64,000 nt of DNA, taken from assembly GCA_017618175.1 (NCBI GenBank), contig JAFZUT010000022.1, positions 14,723 to 78,722 of the forward strand, read 5' to 3'. The notes beneath the pieces were generated by a model. That model did no database searches, was not told where the DNA came from, and was given only the letters and a program-made list of their open reading frames with translations. A program made the translations under genes and the position numbers. This document shows positions 56,934 to 64,000 of this stretch, piece by piece (positions within the stretch are counted from its first letter, which is position 1; the number at the start of each line of letters is the position of its first letter). This DNA is from Alphaproteobacteria bacterium (GTDB lineage Bacteria > Pseudomonadota > Alphaproteobacteria > Rs-D84).

Positions 56934-59543
56934 TTATTTTAATTTTCCACAGCAATGTTTATATTTCAATCCTGAACCACACGGGCAGGGCGCATTGCGT
57001 CGGGCCTCGCCGGCGACATTCAAAGATTGGTCATGTTCATTGCGTTGCTTTTCGGTCGCATCAACATCAGCACGTGTTAATTCCATACGCGAAATATACG
57101 CCACCGACATAATCTTAAAATTATTGATTGTGTTTTTGAACAAACCCAACGCCTCGCGCTTATATTCATATAATGGATTTTTTTGTGCATACCCCCGCAG
57201 CCCAATACCGGTCTGCAAATAATCCATTTGTTGCAGATGTTGTTTCCACACAGAATCCAACGCACCCAACATCATTTGTCGCGATGCGGTCTGCATCATC
57301 TCTGGTCCATATTTGTCGGCTTGGTTTTGATACCGCTGCATCGCCAAACCCAACAAAGTATCATACGCCTTGCGGTCGGTAAGTGTTTCATCCTGTTTCC
57401 AATTTTCCAAATCGGTAATATCCAACGCAAAAATACGAACCATTGCGTCATGAATACCTTTGATATTCCAATCCGCCGGCTGAACCCTTTCCGGGATATT
57501 ATTCTCGCAGATTATTTCAACAACATCCGCTATCATCTCGTGCGCCAAAGGTGTCAAATCATTTGATGTCATCAAATCATCACGTTGTTTGTAAACAACC
57601 CCGCGTTGTTCATTCATAACATCATCATATTTTAACAATTCTTTACGCGCCTCGAAATAACGGGCCTCAACACGTTTTTGTGCTTTCTCTAATGCCTTGG
57701 TAATCCATGGATGCGTAATCGCTTCACCCGGCTTTAACCCCAGTGTTGTAAGCATTCCCGACAGACGCGCCGCACCAAATATACGCATCAAATCATCATC
57801 CAACGCCAAAAAGAATTTTGAATCACCCGGGTCGCCTTGACGTCCGCTGCGCCCGCGCAACTGATTATCTATGCGCCGCGATTCATGTCGTTCTGTCCCA
57901 ATCACATATAAACCACCCGCATCCAAAACAATCTTTTTATTCTTTTCGATTGTGTCGTATATTTCTTTCTTTTTCTTATCGTAATCTGGGGCGTCTTTAT
58001 CCAAATCGGCAATCAAATCTTCGGCATTTCCACCAAGTTTAATATCGGTTCCACGCCCCGCCATATTTGTCGCAATGGTAATCGCACCGGGCGCACCCGC
58101 CTGGGCAACAATTTTTGCTTCGGATTGATGGTGTTTCGCATTCAACACCGCCGGATTTACCCCCAACCGTTTGCGAACCACATCGGCCAATTCTTCGGAT
58201 TTTTCAATTGAAACCGTTCCCACCAGAACCGGCTGTTTTCGTTTAAGGCAATCAGCAATTTGATTGACAATCGCATCATATTTTTCATTTTTATTAAGAT
58301 AAATTTCATCATGATGATCCACGCGCGCGACCGGACGATTGGTTGGAATTGAAACCACGCGCAATTTATAAATCTCATCGAATTCGGCGGCTTCGGTCAT
58401 GGCGGTTCCGGTCATACCGGCCAAAGTTTCATACAAACGGAATAAATTCTGGTAAGAAATACTGGACACGGTTTGATTTTCCGGTTGAACTGTGACATGT
58501 TCTTTGGCCTCAATCGCCTGGTGCAGACCGCGACCAAATCGCCGCCCGGTCATTACGCGCCCGGTAAATTCATCAACAATTAAAATCTCACCATCACGCA
58601 CAACATAGTTCACATTTTTTTGGAACAAATGATGCGCCAACAAAGATTGCTGAATATGCATAACCAAGGCGGCATTTTCGGGCGCATACAGATTATCGCC
58701 AACCAACAACCCCGCATCCGCAAGCAGGCGCGTCACAGAATCCACACCGCCCTCGGTCAATGTGACATGGCGGTCTTTTTCATCCTTTTTATAATCATCC
58801 GGCGAAAGTTTTGCCACAACCGCATCAACCTTGTTATACAATTCACTAATATCTTCGGATGGGCCAGAAATAATCAGTGGCGTGCGCGCCTCGTCAATCA
58901 AAATACTATCAACTTCGTCAACGATACCAAAGAACAGGGGCCGCAACACCTGTTGCGACTTTGAAAACTTCATATTGTCACGCAAATAATCAAAGCCCAA
59001 TTCAGAATTGGTCACATATGTAATATCACACGCATATGCCGCACGGCGTTCGTCATCGGTCATATCATGCTGAATAATTCCAACGCTCAGGCCCAAAAAT
59101 TCATAAACTTGACCCATCCATTTTGCGTCACGCGATGCCAAGTAATCATTAACAGTAATCAAATGCGCGCCTTTGCCATACAGCGCCTTAAGATACAATG
59201 CCAAAGTCGCGACCAATGTTTTACCTTCACCGGTCTTCATTTCTGCAATTTGACCGTTGTTCAAAACCATTCCCCCAATCATTTGAACATCAAAGTGCCG
59301 CAAACCTATGGTTCGAACCGATGCCTCGCGCACGGCGGCAAATGCATCAGGCAAAATATTTTTCTCTTTTTCCCCATTCGCAATACGCCCACGCAAGACA
59401 TCTGTTTGCGCCCGTAATTCTTCATCACTCATCGCATGATATTTGGGTTCCAAATCATTTATCAATGAAACGGTTTTATCATAAGATTTAACCAAACGAT
59501 CGTTCGCCGAACCCAATATTTTTTGAATAATATTCATAGCCAT
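56934..59543 (-). CDS. secA: Preprotein translocase ATPase SecA
   Basis: EMKTGEGKTLV, DEVDSILIDEARTPLIISG, and a C-terminal zinc motif CPCGSGLKYKHCCG. Confidence 0.95.
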   Translation of the reverse strand: MAMNIIQKILGSANDRLVKSYDKTVSLINDLEPKYHAMSDEELRAQTDVLRGRIANGEKEKNILPDAFAAVREASVRTIGLRHFDVQMIGGMVLNNGQIAEMKTGEGKTLVATLALYLKALYGKGAHLITVNDYLASRDAKWMGQVYEFLGLSVGIIQHDMTDDERRAAYACDITYVTNSELGFDYLRDNMKFSKSQQVLRPLFFGIVDEVDSILIDEARTPLIISGPSEDISELYNKVDAVVAKLSPDDYKKDEKDRHVTLTEGGVDSVTRLLADAGLLVGDNLYAPENAALVMHIQQSLLAHHLFQKNVNYVVRDGEILIVDEFTGRVMTGRRFGRGLHQAIEAKEHVTVQPENQTVSSISYQNLFRLYETLAGMTGTAMTEAAEFDEIYKLRVVSIPTNRPVARVDHHDEIYLNKNEKYDAIVNQIADCLKRKQPVLVGTVSIEKSEELADVVRKRLGVNPAVLNAKHHQSEAKIVAQAGAPGAITIATNMAGRGTDIKLGGNAEDLIADLDKDAPDYDKKKKEIYDTIEKNKKIVLDAGGLYVIGTERHESRRIDNQLRGRSGRQGDPGDSKFFLALDDDLMRIFGAARLSGMLTTLGLKPGEAITHPWITKALEKAQKRVEARYFEARKELLKYDDVMNEQRGVVYKQRDDLMTSNDLTPLAHEMIADVVEIICENNIPERVQPADWNIKGIHDAMVRIFALDITDLENWKQDETLTDRKAYDTLLGLAMQRYQNQADKYGPEMMQTASRQMMLGALDSVWKQHLQQMDYLQTGIGLRGYAQKNPLYEYKREALGLFKNTINNFKIMSVAYISRMELTRADVDATEKQRNEHDQSLNVAGEARRNAPCPCGSGLKYKHCCGKLK

Positions 59544-59702
59544 AACTTTTCCTTGTCTTTTGTCAAATCTTGGTATAGCAAATTTTGTGTCTTGCGGTCA
59601 AGATACTTTATGATATAATACGTTTAGAAAAATAAACAAGCCACAATTGAAAATTTTATTCAAAATTGTGCATTTTCGGGACAACAGGGGGCCGACAAAA
59701 AA

Positions 59703-59918
59703 ATGAAAGAATCAATAAAACAATTACAACCAACAAGTATAACCAGCGAAGTTTTCGTAATATCACCCGCCCAGTTGGAATATTTGGCTGATGTGTTCAG
59801 CAAGAATTTTGCCGACACAATGAATATGCGAACATTTTCAAGTCGCATATACGAAGTCGCATTGGCATCATTGCGCAACGCATTAAAATCCACCAAGAAA
59901 ATGGGTGAAAAACAATAA
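59703..59918 (+). CDS. Small hypothetical protein (71 aa)
   Basis: Extended -10 promoter (TGATATAAT at 59611) upstream and a terminator downstream. The Shine-Dalgarno is weak. Confidence 0.4.
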   Translation: MKESIKQLQPTSITSEVFVISPAQLEYLADVFSKNFADTMNMRTFSSRIYEVALASLRNALKSTKKMGEKQ

Positions 59919-59949
59919 ATATCTAATTGATACAACACATATTTTTTCA

Positions 59950-59980
59950 AAAACCCACACGCAAAAATGTGTGGGTTTTA
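59950..59980. terminator. Bidirectional terminator
   Basis: CCCACAC...GTGTGGG hairpin followed by a T-run. Confidence 0.7.
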
Positions 59981-60001
59981 TCGGTATTTTTTATAACAAT
60001 T

Positions 60002-60631
60002 TTACCGGGTTTTACCCAAAATCGCACGATGCATTCCAATTGCATTTAACATTTTGAAATGATCTTCACGTAATTTTGAATATTTGACATATGGCACAAA
60101 CCCCCATCCGGCGTAAACGGCGCTGTCGCATTCCGTCATGCCCAGTTTAGATATATTTAATGAATCCGCACACGGAATACTGGCCCCGCCATAATTTTTA
60201 TTAACATAAATTTTACCATCACCGATAACATTAAACGACAAAGCAAAACGGGGTCGCAAAGTATCTTTGACAATAGAAAAGCCTATTGGCGTCCAACCGT
60301 TCGTAAGGTTTGGTGGAACACGCCAATCCAATACGACTATTTTATCCATATGCAAATATTTTCTTATCGTATCCATGGCCGGATAAGATATTTCCCCGGT
60401 GGCATTATTTATTTTTATCATCAATCGTACCGTATCCATTGGCGGTATTGGCACAATCGTGTCACCCGGCGTCACCGGCGTGATTGTATCACCGGGCGTT
60501 GGTGGCACAATGGTGTCAGTCGGCACATTCGGTGTGGGGGTGGGATTTGGTTCCGGAATCGGTTGCTTTTTACACGCCGCCGCCAACGCCATCAAACCCG
60601 CCAACATAAATATTTTCTGTTTTTTGTTCAT
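60002..60631 (-). CDS. Lipoprotein with a Pro/Thr-rich linker
   Basis: LMALAAAC lipobox. PGDTI(T/V)P repeats. Confidence 0.7.
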   Translation of the reverse strand: MNKKQKIFMLAGLMALAAACKKQPIPEPNPTPTPNVPTDTIVPPTPGDTITPVTPGDTIVPIPPMDTVRLMIKINNATGEISYPAMDTIRKYLHMDKIVVLDWRVPPNLTNGWTPIGFSIVKDTLRPRFALSFNVIGDGKIYVNKNYGGASIPCADSLNISKLGMTECDSAVYAGWGFVPYVKYSKLREDHFKMLNAIGMHRAILGKTR

Positions 60632-60705
60632 TTAACATCCTTTTTGATCAGCATACAGAAATATTTTGTGTTGTCAATTTGTTAATGTATTATTTTTATC
60701 ACGAA

Positions 60706-63700
60706 TTAATCGGCGACACTGTCATCATATACCGAATATGTTGTATCGTTATATTTTAATCTTAATTTTTTATTTATATTATCGGACATATTCTTTAATG
60801 ATGTTGACATATTCCCATAGAATACAGTATCACCAACCTTGACATGCAAAGACGGGTTGGTTTTGGACGCCCCGCGCAGATACATGTGATTTTCACCCAG
60901 ATGCAAAACACGTCCACAATCGTCGGCTTCGTCCGCACCGGCACCATACCCAATGGTGGTCAGTCCCGTCGGGCACACATTGCACGCCAATGTGGAACCT
61001 TGGGAAACTATGCCACCCGTCGCCCAACCGCCGGGACCGACATTTGCGCACGCGGCACGTGCCGTCGCAACACATTGACCCGCGCTGCACGTTGTTTTGC
61101 ACGAAGATTCATATGCATGATCCGCCGCGTTCGAACCACTGTTCGTGTACCCATTTGCGGTCGCGCACGCCGTACACGCCGCCGCCACATTATTGGAATA
61201 AGTATTTGTCGTACACACATATATACCCTGGGCCGTTGTTTCATTAAATGTAAATGACCCACCCGGGCAATAATTACCCGCCGTACAATCAACACAAGTT
61301 GTCGCATTCGCCGGCAAATATTGGGTTGCCGGACACGTTATTGCATCCGCCGAACATACCGGTTGGTTATTTGCATCGTATGTCAAAGTATATCCCGAAC
61401 CACATGACCAATTTGCGTAATATGTTATATCACCATGGGCGCGATTGCCAATTGTAATGGATTGACCGGCATTATAGCATGTTCCGGTTCCATTCGCGCC
61501 TGTGCACCAACCATTAAATGTGGCGTGTGCGGGTGGGGTCTGGTCCGCATTGCTAATACTGGTACCAACGGTATATGTATAATCCGCCGGCATAGACGCA
61601 TTATTATCTACCGGACTGGTTGCATACATATATGTAATATCATATTGTTTCGGGGTATATTGCGGACGCACCAAGAAGGTATCATCCGCACTATACGCAC
61701 TGCATACCCCGGTCGTATTCACAATACACCAATCTGTACCACCGGTATTTCCCCATGGGCTGACACTGGAATTGGCCGCGTGCGTTAAATCAGGGTCTTC
61801 CAACGCCGCGCTTTCGGCATCAATTGTCCAACCACCGAATGTAAAGCAATTATCGCAATATTCGCCCTGAACATTCCATATTTTGCGGCAACCGGTTTGA
61901 CTGTTATACGGATCCGCCGCCAATGTCACATTATCGCCATAATGCACCGGGTTCGTTGCGGTCGGTGCCGTGCCGGCAAAATTCCATCCCGCTTCGCCAT
62001 CGCTGCACAGATATTGCATTGTATAATCGGTTGCCGCACAGGTATAAGATACCGTTGTGGTGCCCGCCGTTCCGGTGTATGTGCCACTGGTGCCGTATCC
62101 TGTGTCACATGTCACCGCACATGTTGGGGTATTGGTCGTCGTGTTCGATGCGGTGCCACCACCATTCGTAATATCACATGTCACATCGGACCACATCGCA
62201 TACAGACGCGTTGTACCACTGCTGATTATATTCTGGATACTGGCACCCGGCGCATAGGATATACCGCCACCATTACTTTGCATGTTCCAACCTGTAAAGA
62301 TTTTGGAACCATTATTGATGTTGCATGTAGTGGCGTTCCAACTTGGCGCCGTACATGCACCATCATATGTACAGGTCAATGTTCCCTCGGTTGTGCCACC
62401 CGCACCACCACATGTCCCGGTTCCTCCGTTCTTGTTCAGTTTGATTGTTATGGTATTTGCCTCGCACACTGTGCCGGCCGCATTTTCCGTATATCCGGTA
62501 TCGCAAGACCATTTGGCATAGAATGTTTTATCGTCATAATCTGTTGTGGACACACTTTGCGGTGTGACACAATTATTGGTCAGGCCACTGTTAGTGCACC
62601 AACCGACAAATTGACTGTGGGCACGTGTCGGCACACCTGTGATATCCGCCCCCACACCGTATGTGTATTCGGTCGGATAATCACCGGTATATGCCGTATT
62701 CGGACAGGTTAATGCCGTTCCTGTTGCACTTGGCAAGAATGTTTTGCTGACCGTATCATACAACCCGCAGACATTATTATATTTAACAGGGATACCATTA
62801 AATTTCACATTTTCATTTGCATCCTTTATAACGAAACCAAACAATTTGAATATACCAGAAGCAGTTGTTGTGCCACCATTATTCATTCCAAATATTGACA
62901 TAGTCGCATCCGGTGTAAAGGTGGACAAAGTGGGTGTATTACCTAACCGGGTTCCATTCACATAAACTTTGTTTGCGTTTTGTTCAATATTGTAAACAGT
63001 ATTTACCGCAGGAGTAATTGTTCCGCCCTGGTCAACGTTATTATATTGTAAGTAGAACTTAGATAAATACTGCAACCCGAACCCTTTAACTTTATATGAA
63101 TTTCTGGCACCATAAACCATTTTGACCCCAGAGCCCAAATTACCCGTTGTCTGAATCTTTGTTTGAACAATATAATTACTTGATGGCACAACGCCTGTAT
63201 CAATATACGAACTACCATTACCTTGTATATATTCAACACGTGTATATCCGGCTGGGAGCGCGCTGCCACCATTAAATTCATAGTTTATATTATACACATC
63301 CGGATTACATGCACCGGCGATATCGGTTCCGCCCTGGGTATAATGAGTGTCGCAGTTATAATGTGCATATATTGTTGCCGCGGCGGTCACGGTCAATGTG
63401 GTACTTAACACACTGGGGCTTGCACTGGAACCCACCGGCGATAATACATTATCCGGGGCCAAATAGTATCCGGCAAATGTCGCATTTGTCTTGGACGGCG
63501 CCGGTGTCGTTGTCACCTGGGTTTGACAAGAATTGTCACTGAACCATTTTGTATCGCCACTCTTTTTATACAATGTCGTGTTCGCCGTTGAACCGCCACG
63601 TGTTGTGTTATCAACCGTTATCGCATTGCAATTTGTGCTCTTACACGCATAGTAGGTGTCGGTATCGTTTGGAACAGTATATGATGTTGTTGTACCGCTG

Positions 63701-64000
63701 CACGACGCGGACGTTCCCCACCCACCGGTAAATGTATATCCGGTTTGCGCCAGGCCGCTTGCACTGCCAAAATCACAAGACGTATTGAAATAACATGTCA
63801 CCGATGCCGGGTTCGTTCCGGTTGTTCCCTGAATCGTTCCCGAACCACCGTTTTTGTTCAGTGTGACGGTCTTATAGCAATCCGTATTGGCATCACTGCC
63901 GGCGACACTGCTGCTGTAATTACTGGCGGCGCCGGTCGCACACGCGGTAATACCACCGGTGGTCATATGACTTGCGCTGTGCGTGCCACCATAATAGATA
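60706..64000 (-). CDS. Giant surface repeat protein (more than 1090 aa; N-terminus beyond the window) with Listeria-Bacteroides (Flg_new/InlB-B)-type repeats and an embedded beta-sandwich-like domain
   Basis: Repeats of the form VTLNKNGGSGT...Y.F.GW.... The frame is still open at the window edge. Central EYIQGNGSSYIDTG domain. C-terminal domain shared with the 20030 ORF. Confidence 0.8.
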   Translation of the reverse strand, partial: IYYGGTHSASHMTTGGITACATGAASNYSSSVAGSDANTDCYKTVTLNKNGGSGTIQGTTGTNPASVTCYFNTSCDFGSASGLAQTGYTFTGGWGTSASCSGTTTSYTVPNDTDTYYACKSTNCNAITVDNTTRGGSTANTTLYKKSGDTKWFSDNSCQTQVTTTPAPSKTNATFAGYYLAPDNVLSPVGSSASPSVLSTTLTVTAAATIYAHYNCDTHYTQGGTDIAGACNPDVYNINYEFNGGSALPAGYTRVEYIQGNGSSYIDTGVVPSSNYIVQTKIQTTGNLGSGVKMVYGARNSYKVKGFGLQYLSKFYLQYNNVDQGGTITPAVNTVYNIEQNANKVYVNGTRLGNTPTLSTFTPDATMSIFGMNNGGTTTASGIFKLFGFVIKDANENVKFNGIPVKYNNVCGLYDTVSKTFLPSATGTALTCPNTAYTGDYPTEYTYGVGADITGVPTRAHSQFVGWCTNSGLTNNCVTPQSVSTTDYDDKTFYAKWSCDTGYTENAAGTVCEANTITIKLNKNGGTGTCGGAGGTTEGTLTCTYDGACTAPSWNATTCNINNGSKIFTGWNMQSNGGGISYAPGASIQNIISSGTTRLYAMWSDVTCDITNGGGTASNTTTNTPTCAVTCDTGYGTSGTYTGTAGTTTVSYTCAATDYTMQYLCSDGEAGWNFAGTAPTATNPVHYGDNVTLAADPYNSQTGCRKIWNVQGEYCDNCFTFGGWTIDAESAALEDPDLTHAANSSVSPWGNTGGTDWCIVNTTGVCSAYSADDTFLVRPQYTPKQYDITYMYATSPVDNNASMPADYTYTVGTSISNADQTPPAHATFNGWCTGANGTGTCYNAGQSITIGNRAHGDITYYANWSCGSGYTLTYDANNQPVCSADAITCPATQYLPANATTCVDCTAGNYCPGGSFTFNETTAQGIYVCTTNTYSNNVAAACTACATANGYTNSGSNAADHAYESSCKTTCSAGQCVATARAACANVGPGGWATGGIVSQGSTLACNVCPTGLTTIGYGAGADEADDCGRVLHLGENHMYLRGASKTNPSLHVKVGDTVFYGNMSTSLKNMSDNINKKLRLKYNDTTYSVYDDSVAD

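Noticed and set aside
59660-59950. 96-aa minus-strand ORF in the secA to lipoprotein intergenic region.
   Set aside because: It overlaps the more plausible plus-strand 71-aa ORF, which has a promoter and terminator. The minus-strand frame is hydrophobic and low-complexity with no signals. Even the plus-strand ORF is only weakly supported.

Overview
This 64-kb window looks like a low-GC chromosome segment from an alphaproteobacterium. The lineage call is an inference from four things: a circularly permuted two-piece tmRNA gene, an AddA-type helicase, a DUF2155-like protein, and an alpha-type sigma32 promoter upstream of dnaK. Most of the window is core housekeeping: tsaB, a Lon-like ATPase, ssrA, obg, rubrerythrin, prfB with its +1 frameshift, an AmiC-type amidase, peroxiredoxin, addA, recN, xseA, tsaD, the rpsP-rimM-trmD-rplS operon, gdh, pfk, dnaK, rplY, rsmD, tadA, gpmI, rsmH, dnaE and secA. 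Three parts are accessory and unusual. (1) A 6.45-kb integrase-bearing island (about 6580-13040) sits inside the anticodon loop of a tRNA-Arg(CCG) gene. It leaves two unrepaired tRNA halves 6.4 kb apart. It carries its own complete but divergent tRNA-Arg(CCG), a Toprim/RepA-like primase-helicase, an AlpA-like excisionase, a promoter-to-terminator structured RNA of unknown class, and two AT-rich membrane proteins that share a conserved C-terminal tail. I rank this as the best candidate for something undescribed. (2) A four-gene locus (44946-51369) encodes signal-peptide proteins built from short collagen-like triplets, a phage-tail-fibre-like motif, a repeated 57-aa Cys module and Ser/Thr/Ala/Asn-rich stalks, next to a large Cys-rich protein that has a paralog at 15008. 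(3) A giant repeat adhesin (60706 to the window end) shares a C-terminal domain with a second secreted repeat protein at 20030. Smaller oddities are a Lon homolog with no protease domain, an AddA split into helicase and nuclease ORFs, three small ORFs wedged into the rpsP operon, and a tRNA-Ser 3'-end duplication flanking a GC-rich insert. All calls come from reading the sequence and the ORF translations by eye, with no database search. RNA ends and start codons are estimates. I saw no CRISPR array, reverse transcriptase or transposase.
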